Shown here: piece after piece, positions 11,982-24,190 of the stretch
Layout: the number at the start of each line of letters is the position of its first letter
How positions within the stretch are numbered: the stretch's first letter is position 1
Program-made: the position numbers and the translations under genes
DNA from: Mustelus asterias
Lineage: Eukaryota
Direction: 5' to 3'
Assembly (NCBI RefSeq): GCF_964213995.1
Contig: NC_135801.1
Location: forward strand, 73,904,001 to 73,968,000
Length of the DNA stretch: 64,000 nt
The notes under the pieces: model-generated
What the model was told of the DNA's origin: nothing
The model's input: only the letters and a program-made list of their open reading frames with translations
The model's database searches: none

Positions 11982-12513
11982 AGTAAGAAGTTTAACAGCA
12001 CCAGGTTAAAGTCCAACAGGTTTATTTGGTAGCAAAAGCCACTAGCTTTCAGAACAGGCTGAACCTTCGTCAGGTGGGTGGGAGTTCTGATCACAAACAG
12101 GGCACAAAGACACAAACTCAATTTACATGAATAATGATTGGAATGCAGACTTTACAGCTAATCAAGTCTTAAAGGTACAGACAATGTGAGTGGAGGAAGC
12201 ATTAAGCACAGGTTAAAGAGATGTGTATTGTCTCCAGACAGGACAGCTAGTGAGATTTTGCACATCCAGGCAGGTTGTGGGGGTTACAGATAGTGTGATA
12301 TGCACCCAATATCCCAGTTGAGGCCGTCCTCATGTGTACGGAACTTGGCTATCAGTCTCTGCTCAGCGACTCTGCGCTGATGTGTGTCGTGAAGGACACC
12401 TTGGAGAACGCTTACCCGGAGATCAGAGGCTGAATGCCCGTGACCACTGAAGTGCTCCCCAACAGGAAGAGAACAGTCTTGCCTGGTGATTGTCGAGCGG
12501 TGTTCATTCACCC
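11982..12513 (-). mobile_element. Penelope-like element 3' fragment with 8-bp TSD
   Basis: ORF 12284-12571 matches the GIY-YIG C-terminus. Flanked by GTATTAAT at 11974-11981 and 12514-12521. Hammerhead core with a degenerate stem II at 12039-12077. Confidence 0.88.
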
Positions 12514-13585
12514 GTATTAATGCCAGGTTTAGGGGATTCCTAGGAATTACCTGGAATAAACATCTGACCAAATATTTTTTACATCACCTGACATTTATCC
12601 ACATGACTCCAGCCATGCATAATTTTCAAATCATTGAAATGAATGGATCAAAAATCTTTTGCAGGCCATGAATCGGACAACGCCCAAGGTCCTGATACAC
12701 ACTTGCATGGCACAGAGCTCTGCATTAAGGGTACAAAATTATGAAATGCACACTTACGTTTTATAGTTCTGTCTGATTTTATAAATAAATGTGGTCAATG
12801 AATTTGGGTCTGTTGAATTGTTCATTGGTATTAAACGTTTTTTGGAGGGAGTATGGAGGAGAATAAGAGGCTGCATACAATCCTGTTACAGTAGCACAGT
12901 TGTGATAATTGTTAATCACAAGATAAGATTTGGATTTCATAACCGAAGTGTTGTTATTCATTTACAGAAACTGTAGCCAGCCAATGAGCCAGAAAACTAC
13001 AAAACTGAGTAACATAAACTAAATATATCTACAGGAAAATCATCATCTAATTTGGACAAAAGAACTGTTCTGAGAATTCACTGACGTATAATTACAAGTC
13101 CCAGATGGATTTTTACTCCTCCTTCTATTGATTTTCAGAAATATGTTTGCTTTAAAAAGTTCATGTACAGCTTTTAATCTTGACATGATTGCCATTTTAC
13201 CTCCAATTCGAAGAGGAAGGGTTTTAGTTTCCCAGGTGCAGTTTTTGTTTGACTGGGGTCATTCTGTACATTACTCATATTCCAATAGAAGTCAACATTT
13301 TAATATTTATGTAACATTTTACAGGTATAAAATAAGACAGGAATATTTTTAGGTTACATTCTTAAGTAAAGAGGATAATATTACAAAATATACAGTATTC
13401 AGACTGCATGACTTTGCAAGTGACATTAAATAGGAAGCATTGTGATAACCAATCTATAAAGTCTGTATGTAAGCTGTTTGTGTAAGATGCAAGACATACT
13501 ATCTATTGAAAGTATTTAGAAGATATACCTGAAAGCATGGGCCCAAAAATCTCCAGTCTTTCTGGTGAACCCCTGTCAAACACAT

Positions 13586-13898
13586 GTGTGGCACGGTGGC
13601 ATAGTGGTTAGCACTGCTGCCTCACAGCGCCATGGACCCGGGTTTGATTCCCGGCTTGGGTCACTGTCTGTGTGGAGTTTGCACATTCTCCCCGTGTCTG
13701 TGGGGGTTTCCTCCGGGTGCTCCGGTTTCCTCCCACAGTCTAAAAGACGTGCTAGTTAGGTGCATTGGCTATGCTAAATTCTCCGTCAGTGTACCCGAAT
13801 AGGCACCGGAATGTGGCGACTAAGGGATTTTCATAGTAACTTCTTGCAGTGTTAATGTAAGCCGTATTTGTGACTAATACATAAACTTTAACTTTAAA
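13586..13898 (+). mobile_element. V-SINE, variant with Rex1-like tail
   Basis: Same head and V-domain as the HE1-like copies, but the 3' part is gtacccgaa...ttcatagtaac...tgtgactaata.ataaacttt. Confidence 0.85.
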
Positions 13899-14825
13899 CA
13901 CGGTTAGTAATTTTGCGCATGACACCAGGATTGATGGCATGATGGATAGTGAAGATGGTTATCTAGAATTGCAGCAGGACCTTGATCAATTGGGCCAGTG
14001 GGCTGACGAATGGCAGATGGAGTTTAATTTAGATAAATGCAAGGTGATGCATTTTGTTAGATGGAACCAGGGTAGGACTTACCCAGTTAATGGGTAAGGG
14101 TATTGGGGAGTGTTATAAAGCAGAGGGATCTAGGGATACAGGTTCATAGCTCCTTGAAAGTGGAGTCACAGGTGGACAGAGTGGTGAAGAAGGCATTCGG
14201 CATGCTTGGTTTCATTGGTCAGAACATTGAATACAGGAGTTGGGACATCTTGTTGAAGTTGTATAAGACATTGGTAATACCACACTTGGAATACTGTGTA
14301 CAGTTCTGGTCACCCTATTATAGAAAGGATATTATTAAATTAGAAAGTGCAGAAAAGATTTACTAGGATGCTACCGGGACTTGATGGTTTGAGTTACAAG
14401 GAGAGGCTGGATAGACTGGGACTTTTTTCCCTGGAGCATAGGAGGCTGAGGGGTGATCAGACAGAGTTCTTTAAAATAATGAGGGGCATAAATCAGCCAG
14501 ATAGTCAACATCTTTTCTCAAAGGTAGGGGAGTCTAAAACTGGAGTGCATACATTAATGGTGAGAGGGGAGAAATACAAAAAGGCCCACAAAGAGGTTGG
14601 TGAGTGTCTGGATCAAGCTGCCAGAGGTAGTAGTAGAGGTGGGTACAATTTTGTCTTTTAAAACGCATTTAGACAGTTACATGGGTAAAGTGGGTATAGA
14701 GGGATATGGGCCAAACCCGGGCAATTGGAACTAGCTTAGTGGTTTAAAAAAAAGGGGGGCAGCATGGACAGGTTGGGCCGAAGGGCCTGTTTCCATGCTG
14801 TAAACCTCTATGACTCCATGACCCT
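13899..14825 (+). mobile_element. 5'-truncated CR1 LINE
   Basis: ORFs 14103-14366 and 14347-14661 (HLEYCVQFWSPYYRKD), followed by 3' UTR and tail. Confidence 0.92.
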
Positions 14826-15042
14826 AAATGCAATAATACCCAGAGCCAAAATCCAAGTTGGGCCCTGAATATACTCAGTATTGGAGTTGCTGCCAGGTTT
14901 CCCACTGGCAACATCAGAAGTAGGTCTAGACTCCCAGTGTTAGATTTTCCCATGTTCTTGGTCACTCAAGAAGACTCTATGTACACTTAGTGAGAATACG
15001 TCTAGTCAGAATACACAGTTACCGAATGGTGGCTGTGATATC

Positions 15043-15724
15043 TGTAGGAGGGAAATAAACCGAGTCGGGCCTTGGAGACCGTGTCGAACTTCAAGAAAAG
15101 TTTTTATTCCACATGCAAGAGGGAGGGCTGAACTCGAGCCTGAAGTCTCAGGTTGCCTGTGAGTCCTCTCTGCCCTGGTTGGTTGATGCAGGTTATTATA
15201 CTGTTTTGAGTCACAAAGATTTACATTAATTCCTCGAGAACAATACAAATTGTTGTTTTAATCTCGTTATACGGACTGCACTGTTCAGTGCAACTTTATT
15301 AATCAGTTTCTTGGGCAGTTCTGTTTACCCAATTATAATGTCAAAGCGTTGTTCTTGCCCAACCGATTTGTGCTGGTGTGTTAATCGCTATCCCCCCCTC
15401 TGCTTGATGATCATGTTTTATGGAAGACTACACCCTCCCTAGACTGGCTGGAGCCTGGCTGTCTTAATGCCGGTTCCCCCATTGTTGTGATAATTCAGAA
15501 CGATCTCCTGCACATTAGAAGTTGATAGCATGCGTTAATCGTTATCTGTCAGCAGATCGGGCCTCTAGCTATCGGCACTAACCCTTTCCTTCCTTCTGGT
15601 GAGGCCTGGCTCTCTGGACTTCCTCAATGTAGCCCTGCCTGTATTATACGTAAATTAAATAAAATATGAACGGACATATAAATTAAAATATAAAAGACAC
15701 AATCCCCGAAATTGCCCTACAACA
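15043..15724 (-). mobile_element. Solo LTR, 682 bp
   Basis: TGTAGG...CCTACAACA termini with 5-bp TSD ATATC (15038-15042 and 15725-15729); AATAAA on the minus strand near 15103. Confidence 0.75.
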
Positions 15725-15869
15725 ATATCCACTTCAAAAGAAGAAATATTTTAGTTACTTATCACTCCCTTTTTAAAATAGACTACTTGGAATAGGACAG
15801 AACACTTTTGGGAGTGGGTTGGGGTTTCGTGGTAAAGGAGCTATAGCTAAGCCGCTTGGGGCATGGAGT

Positions 15870-17099
15870 TTGGAGTTTTTTGAGGAAGTGACAAAAACGG
15901 TTGATGAAGGAAGGGCCGTGGATGTCGTCTATATGGATTTCAGTAAGGCATTTGACAAAGTCCCACATGGCAGGTTGGTTAAGAAGGTTAAGGCTCATGG
16001 GATACAAGGAGAAGTGGCTAGATGGGTGGAGAACTGGCTTGGCCATAGGAGACAGAGGGTAGTGGTCGAAGGGTCTTTTTCCGGCTGGAGGTCTGTGACC
16101 AGTGGTGTTCCGCAGGGCTCTGTACTGGGACCTCTGCTATTTGTGATATATATAAATGATTTGGAAGAAGGTGTAACTGGTGTAATCAGCAAGTTTGCGG
16201 ATGACACGAAGATGGCTGGACTTGCGGATAGCGAAGAGCATTGTCGGGCAATACAGCAGGATATAGATAGGCTGGAAAATTGGGCGGAGAGGTGGCAGAT
16301 AGAGTTTAATCCGGATAAATGCGAAGTGATGCATTTTGGAAGAAATAATGTAGGGAGGAGTTATACAATAAATGGCAGAGTCATCAGGAGTATAGAAACA
16401 CAGAGGGACCTAGGTGTGCAAGTCCACAAATCCTTGAAGGTGGCAACACAGGTGGAGAAGGTGGTGAAGAAGGCATATGGTATGCTTGCCTTTATAGGAC
16501 GGGGTATAGAGTATAAAAGCTGGAGTCTGATGATGCAGCTGTATAGAACGCTGGTTAGGCCACATTTGGAGTACTGCGTCCAGTTCTGGTCGCCGCACTA
16601 CCAGAAGGACGTGGAGGCGTTAGAGAGAGTGCAGAGAAGGTTTACCAGGATGTTGCCTGGTATGGAGGGTCTTAGCTATGAGGAGAGATTGGGTAAACTG
16701 GGGTTGTTCGCCCTGGAAAGACGGAGAATGAGGGGAGATCTAATAGAGGTGTACAAGATTATGAAGGGGATAGATAGGGTGAACGGTGGGAAGCTTTTTC
16801 CCAGATCAGAAGTGACGTTCACGAGGGGTCACGGGCTCAAGGTGAGAGGGGCAAAGTATAACTCAGATATCAGAGGGATGTTTTTTACAGAGGGTGGTGG
16901 GGGCCTGGAATGCGCTGCCAAGTAGGGTGGTGGAGGCAGGCACGCTGAGATCGTTTAAGACTTACCTGGATAGTCACATGAGCAGCCTGGGAATGGAGGG
17001 ATACAAACGATTGGTCTAGTTGGACCAAGGAACGGCACAGGCTTGGAGGGCCGAAGGGCCTGTCTCCTGTGCTGTACTGTTCTTTGTTCTTTGTTCTTT
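15870..17099 (+). mobile_element. Young 5'-truncated CR1 LINE with nearly intact RT coding region
   Basis: ORF 15819-16925 contains [27 protein letters not shown] and FADD; frameshift near 16887; (TGTTCTT)n tail. Confidence 0.95.
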
Positions 17100-17924
17100 C
17101 TTCTAATGGTATTGGTGTCCATCCATGGTATGCTAATGAAGTAACCTGTCCTGCATACTCCAGAGGGGTTAACAGAGGATGCCAGCTCTGAAGGACACAC
17201 CCATCTCATCATTATCAGAATTGCTGTAAGAGTTTTGCACAATAGAGGTATTACTTGTGGAGTTGGTCAACCACATGACACGGTACATTACCATATCAGC
17301 TCAGCAAATTTAATCCTGATCTCTTATTTTACTTAAAATTACAAGTGCAAGGCCAGATTCCCCAGGCAAATTTTACTAAAATTAGTAGCACACTATATTC
17401 TGCAGCAACAATTTTTACTCTCCAGAAAATCCAAATCCATCCAAAATTTGTCATTTATTCTTGCTGAAGGCAATCTTGTATTCTGGATAGAACACATGAA
17501 AAAGCTTGCTGCCAAAGAACTTCTCCAATCTGTAGCCTCTACTCTATGTCTGTAACAACGGGAGGAATTTCACGGAGCCTGCAAGAGTAGGAAATCTGGC
17601 ACGTGAAGTAACTTAATTGGGTAAGATTCAAACTCTCAATTTCCCGATGGCATGCAGAGATGCAAATGGCATGTTGAGCTTCACACCAGTCTGTGGCAGG
17701 ATCATACTTGTCATACATTTCCATGCAATCAATAGTCATTGGCGTAAAACATTTTAAAGTTATGCTGCACTTCAAAATAAAGTCGTGGGAGAGCTAGTGG
17801 AAACAGTCAGTCAAGGAAAGAAAATGAGGGGCCCAAGGGGCAGTGTCAGTACTGCCCAAATGTGGGTTCCCCTCGTGGTGCTAGCTGGCAGAGTCCCCAG
17901 TGAGAGTGATCCTAGACAATGTCC

Positions 17925-18005
17925 TTTATTTTGGTTTGATTTATTATTAGCATACAGTGAAAAGTGTTGTTTCTTGCGCACTATACAGATAAAGCATACC
18001 GTTCA
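17925..18005 (-). mobile_element. Rex1/Babar 3' tail fragment
   Basis: Reverse complement of 19590-19680. Confidence 0.65.
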
Positions 18006-18009
18006 TTAT

Positions 18010-20480
18010 AAATTCTCCTGTTTCTGACTGTAAGGACTTACTTTTGTCTTCCCAAACTTTTTCTCTTCACGCACCTATAGAAATTTTTGCAGTCAGTTTT
18101 TATGTTCTCCGCAAGCTTACTCTCAAACTCTATTTTTCTCTTCTTAATCAATCTCTTCATTCTCCTTTGCTGAATTCTAAACTGCTTCCAATTCTCTGAT
18201 CGGTTGCTTTTTCTGGCCAATTTGTATGTCTCTTCCTTGTATACAATACTATCTCTAATTTCCCCCATTAGTCATGGTTTGGCCACCTTTCCCATTTAAC
18301 TCTTGCATCAGACAGGAATAAACGATTACAGAAAATACTGGAAAATCTCAGCAGGTCTAACAAAATCTGTGGAAAGAGAATAGAGCCAATGTTTTGAGTC
18401 TGGCTATTATTCCAGTTCACCCATGTGCTCTTTGAATGTTTGCCATTGCCCTATCCGTCGTCATCCCTTTCAGTAACGTTTCTCAATCCATCATACCCAA
18501 CTTGCGCCTCAGACCATTGTGGTCTCCTTTATTAGGATTCAGGACTCTCATCTCAGAATCAACTATGTCACTCTCCATTTTGATAAATTTTATTATATTA
18601 TGGTCACTCATCCCCAAGGGGTCTCGCACAACTAAATTGCTAATTATTCGTTTCACATTACACAATGCCCAGGCAAGGATGACCTGTTCTCTTGTTGGTT
18701 CCTCAATGTTTTGGTCCAGAAAACCAGAAAACCATCCTGTATACACTCCAAGAATTCCTCTTCTATTGTATTGTGACAAATTTGATTTGCCCAGTCTATA
18801 TGCACATTAAAATTACAGATATTTCTTTACCGCGTGCATCTCTAATTTCCTGTTTAATGCCATTCCCAACATTCACATGACGAGACAGAGTACAGGAATG
18901 AGATAGAGAATCTGGTGAACTGGTGCGGCAACAATAATCTCTCCCTCAATGTCAACAAAATGAAGGAGATTGTCATCGACTTCAGGAAGCATAAAGGAGA
19001 ACATGCCTCTGTCTACATCAACGGGGATGACGTAGAAAGGGTTGAGAGCTTCAGGTTTTTAGGTGTCCAGATCACCCCCAACCTGTCGTGGTTCCCCCAT
19101 GCTGACACTATAGTTAAGAAAGCCCACCAATGCCTCTACTTTCTCAGAAGACTAAGGAAATTTGGCATGTCAGCTATGACTCTCACCAACTTTTACAGAT
19201 GCACCATTGAAAGCATTCTTTCTGGTTGTATCACAGCTTGGTATAGTTCCTGCTCTGCCCAAGACCACAAGGCACTCCAAAAGGCCGTGAATCCAATCCA
19301 TCATGCATACCAGCCTCCCATCCATTGATTCTGTCTACGCTTCCCGCTGCCTCGGCAAAGCAGCCAGCATAATTAAGAACCCCACGTACCCCGGATATTC
19401 TCTCTTCCACCTTCTTCCTTTGGGAAAAAGATACAAAACTCTGAGGTCACGTACCAACCGACTCAAGAACAGCTTCTTCTCTGCTGCTGTCAGACTTTTG
19501 AATGGACTTACCTTGCATTAAGTTGATCTTCCTCTACACCCTAGCTATGACTGTAACACTACATTCTGCACTCTCTCGTTTCCTTCTCTATGAATGGTAT
19601 GTTTTTGTCTGTGCGTGCAAGAAACAATACTTTTCACTGTATGTTAATACATGTGACAATAATAAATCAAATCAAATCAAACACTAGAGTTTGAGAGTTT
19701 ATATACAACCCCCACTACCCCTTTTTTATATACAATTCCCTTCTGCTTCTTCGTGTTTCTCAGCTCTAGCCATACAGATTCCACATTGCGAGCTAATATC
19801 TTTCCCCACTGTTGCGTTAATTTCCTCTTTAACCAGCAATACAACTCCATCGCCTTTTTCTTTTTGTCTGTCCTTCCTAAATACTGAATACCTGGATGTT
19901 CAATTCCAATCCCTGGTTACCCTGTTGCCATCTTCCTGTAACCCCAACTATATCTTACCCATTTGAATCTATTTGCACAATTAATTCACCCACTTTGTTG
20001 CGACTGCTCCGCACGTTAAGGCACAAAGCCTTAAGGTTTGTCTTTTTAACATGACTTGTTCTGCTCCCAATATTTTTCACTGTGGCCCTGTTTGATTCGG
20101 GCCCTTGATTTCTCTGCCAATCACTTATTCCCCTTTTGTTCTTGTTCTTGATTTTTAACTTTGCATAAGTTCACATCCCACTGTAATTTTAGTTTATACC
20201 CTCCCCAACCACTCCAGCAAACACTGCCCCTCGGACATCTGTCCTGGTCCTGCCCAGGTGTAACCCGTCCAATCTGTACTGCTCCCACTTCCCCCAGGAC
20301 ATGTTCCAATGTCCCAGGAATCTGAAACCCTCCCCCTCACACCATCTGTTCAGCTACATATTCATCCAATATATCCTGCTATTTCTACTCTGACTAGCAC
20401 GTGGTAGTATTCCTGAGACCACCACTTTTGAGGTCTTACTTTTCAACTTACTTCCTAACTCCCTATATTCTGCTTTTAGA
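18010..20480 (-). mobile_element. Old CR1 LINE (ORF1 end, endonuclease and linker regions), interrupted by a Penelope-like fragment (about 18325-18405) and a Rex1 element
   Basis: Minus-strand ORFs read FLDQNIEEPTREQVIL...PLGMSDHNII and KIEFESKLAENIKTDCKNFYRCVKRK. Confidence 0.8.
18877..19681 (+). mobile_element. Rex1/Babar-clade LINE 3' end
   Basis: DETEYRNEIENLVNWCGNNNLSLNVNK.KEIVIDFRK...FYRCTIESILSGCITAWY...RTNRLKNSFF, with an (AAATC)n tail. Confidence 0.9.
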
Positions 20481-21811
20481 ATGGGCAATACACTGCTGGA
20501 CACTAACATGAATGTTCAATAAAAGAGTGAACAAAAAAAAACAATGTTGTTCCTTCTATTTCTTCCACAATAAAGGAATTGTCCCTAACTCTCCTCGAAC
20601 CAGCAATCCGCGTCAGCCGTGACTAACAAATAAGAATGATACACAAATGGATAGAGTGAAATCAGTGTAATGGGAAATATTTACAAGTGAAATTTAATTT
20701 TGAATGACACCCCCTGTACCACTTTTATGCTCTCCAGTCCTGTGTCATTGCCAATGTTAGGCTGTAAAGTTGAGGCCATAATGCAGAGCCTCCCTATTTT
20801 GCCAAGAGGCTCCTTAACAGCCCACCTCTATCTACAGCGTTGTCAGCTGACAACAGGTTTCTTCACTGAAAAACATCCTGCGAATCACATGTGCCTTCTG
20901 TGCACATCGCCAGCACTTTAAATTTTAATTGTAATGGCATGGGAAACAGACAAAAGCTTTTATTGACCTCAATAGAGTCCTGCAATGTGAGCCTTTTGCT
21001 GAAGCTTCTTAATAAAATACTACCAACAATAATACTCCATAACACAAAAGATGCTTATAAAGATTCCATACTCGTAAGTATAAAAACTCCAGGAAATTTT
21101 GTGCGAGATTATCCTAGATTTCAGTTATTGCTATTATTTTCTGCTTACCAACCGACATGAGGATTATTGGGGCACTTTGACCTCAGTGTAAGAATGTAAT
21201 GTACCACTTGCTGTTATTGGGGACATGCAGCAGTGTTTGAGGAGCTAAGTGGGCTGGCAAAGTCTTTTTTTAAGTTGTATGAGCCAAATGCAATTTACAT
21301 AGTAATTCCAATTTGAGATGCCACTTTCTATGACCTCATGCATACAAAGCGTTTTGGGTGGTATGAATATTACTTCATTGATAACAAAAAATGGTTTTGC
21401 ACATGTTTCTTTTATGTAAACACACACGACTGAAGAATGATAATGCTTTTTAATGGCCTCGATTTACAGGTATCAAGCTGTGTAGAACTAGCTTTCGTGC
21501 AAGCTCGGTTGACACATTATCCCATTTCATTTCAGTTTGATGATTTATTCGGCACTTTTCTTGAGGCATATTAGCAATCTAGCAAGCTGTTTTGACATAG
21601 TGCAAATAGAATCTGATGTTGAAGATAACTGACCAAATATATGTTTATGATATGGCTAACGGCAATATGAATCAAAACAGATATTGCTAAATGTCCTTTA
21701 CTTGGTTTTAATTCATTGTAAATGCTATAACTTATAATCACATCTTGAATTTGGAACTGGCCTTGAGATATCAGTAATATGGACTTACCATATTGGATGT
21801 TATATTTTGAA

Positions 21812-22148
21812 GACTATTAATCCAGAAACTCAGCTACTGTTCTGGGGACCCGGGGTTCAAATCCCACCATGGCAGATAGTGGAATTTGAATTCAATTAAA
21901 ATAAAATCTGGAATTAAGAAGCTACTGATGACCATGAAACCATTGCCGATTGTCAGAAAAAGCCATCTGGTTCACTAATGTCCTTCAGGGAAGGAAATCT
22001 GCCGTCCTTACCTGGTCTGGCTTGCATGTGACTCCAGAGCCACAGCAATGTGATTGACTCTCAACTGCCCTCCAAGGGCAACTAGGGATGGGCAATAAAT
22101 GCTGGCCAGCCAGCGATGCCCATGTCCCATATATGAATTTTAAAAAAC
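21812..22148 (+). mobile_element. Second tRNA-type SINE family (gggcaataaatgctggcc tail)
   Basis: B box ggttcaaatcc; homologous to 50548-50875 and 61325-61683; the 3' end is shared with the LINE at 36790-37575. Confidence 0.8.
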
Positions 22149-22540
22149 ATGGAGGTTACAGAGCAAATCTTATTTACATTTACCTGAAGGGGTTGGAATT
22201 GGACAACAATGACCAATGTTACATTAAAAATTACCAATTTAATAGCACTTTGCTCTGTACCCAAGAACGCCTGAAAAACATTCAATATCTTATTGGCCTC
22301 AGATGATTATCAGGGATCTGGGGCAGCCACCTATAAACAAGCATTGGGACCCTTGCATATACCTGTTTTCAGACTTTCCAAAAAATCGGGCTGCCCTTAA
22401 CTGAGTTGATGCTTGGGCTTTCCTGCCATTCCTGCTACTAAGGTAAATTTTGATCAATTCAACCTCTTATCCCTTGAGATCCTGCATACAAGAATATACA
22501 GGATTCTGTAGAGTGTAATACGGTTGACAGGCTCCGAGTA

Positions 22541-23088
22541 TAAGGAGCAACATATAAATGAATAGCCCGAATCTTCTGAGGCGAGGCAATCATCATTGAT
22601 TGCCCCTCTGCTCTGACTTTTCCCACCCTGACACTGCTGCACATCTCTGGCCGAGTCTTCCAAGCCTGACTTGTTCAAAAATGCGGGGCAGAGCTTCTGT
22701 CCAAGAGCTCTGTCAGAGTGCTGTAGTGTCTGGAAGAACTGGGCGTGCCCCCTCTTTATGGCACTAGCTGCTGTATGGTAAGTTTAAATGTCCAGTGTGA
22801 ATTGTAATGAATAGATGAATGGGTTAGGTGGGTAGGATAGCAGGTGGATAGGGTGATCGGGTGGTAGATGGGTGATGTGGTAGGTGAGTAGGGTTATCGG
22901 ATGGCAGGCGAGTGAGGTGGTAGTCTGTAGGGTAGCAGGTGAGTGATGTGGATAGGTGGGTAGGCTTGGAAGACTCAACCAGAGATGTGCAGCAGTGTCA
23001 GAGTGGGCAAAAGTTGGAGCAGAGGGGCAATCAATGATGATTGCCTCGCTCAGAAGATTCGGGCTATTCATTTATATGTTGCTCCTTA
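22541..23088. repeat. Foldback/MITE-like element with 127-bp inverted arms
   Basis: 22541-22667 is the reverse complement of 22962-23088 with about 7 differences by eye. The spacer holds a G-rich GGTG/GGTA simple repeat. Confidence 0.9.
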
Positions 23089-23129
23089 GATGAGAGCATG
23101 TTTGGTTAAAGGCAGATATAACCTGTTAA

Positions 23130-24190
23130 CATAAAACATACAAAATAGGAACAGAAATAAGTCATTTGGCATTTCTTCTTTACGCTAACATTCAGTATGA
23201 CAATGGATGGTCTGCTATCTTAGTTCCATCTTTCTGCATTATCCCCACATCTCTTATTCAACAATTGAGGATCCACAGTTCCCTTGGTTAGAAAATTCCC
23301 AAAGATTCCCAAACCTTGGTTGTGAAGAAATTTCACCTCATCCCCGTCCTAAATGACCAACCCTTTATTTTAAGGCTATGATCTTGTGTTTTAGACTCCC
23401 TGGCTAGGGGAAACATTTCTCACCATCTAACCTATCATGCCCCTTAAGAATTTTATATCTTTCAATGAGATCACCTCTCATTCTTCCAAATTCCAGGGAA
23501 TATATGCTTAGTCTACTTAATCCCTGCTCAGAGGAGTCTTCTCCAGGAATCAATCTACTGAACTTTCACTGTAGCCAGTATAACATTCCTTAGTTGAGGA
23601 GACATAAACTCTAATACGGTACTCCAGGTGTAGTCTCATCAAGGCTGTGTATGATTGCAGTAAGATTTCTCCACTCTTTCACTCCAATCTTCCTGTAATA
23701 AAGGCTAACATACCATTTGCTTTCCAAACTGCATGCTGTACTTGCATATTAACTTGCTGTGACCCCTGTGCAAGGACATCCAAATCTCTCTGTGCATGAA
23801 TATTTCCCAGTCCTCCAGCCATTTAAAAAATGTTCTGCTTTTCTATTTTTCCTTCCAACATGGATAACTTCACTCTTCCTTCCATTGTATTCCATTTGCA
23901 TGTCCTTACCCACTCACTTAACCTGTATAAATCCCTTTAATAGCCTCTTTGTGTCCTCCTCACAGATTACTTTCCACCTAACTTGTGTCATTAGCAAACA
24001 TAAATACAAGGCATGCAGTGTCCTTATCCAAATCATTGATATAGATTGTGAGTACCTGTGAACAAGTACTGGTCTTTCCGATACTCTGCCAGGTACAGTG
24101 AAAATGACATACCAGTTGCATTCTGCTTTCCATCCATTCATCAGTTCCCAATATATGCTAATATATTACTCCTAATCCTATTTACCCAGA
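23130..24190 (-). mobile_element. Old CR1 LINE, 3' portion
   Basis: Reverse complement of the CR1 ORF2 end and UTR, for example actccaggtgtagtctcatcaaggc (RPHLEY region). Confidence 0.75.

Noticed and set aside
15819-16925. 368-aa reverse transcriptase ORF as a novel RT system or host gene
   Set aside because: It is an ordinary 5'-truncated CR1 ORF2 with a terminal frameshift; the N-terminus is read-through from flanking DNA.
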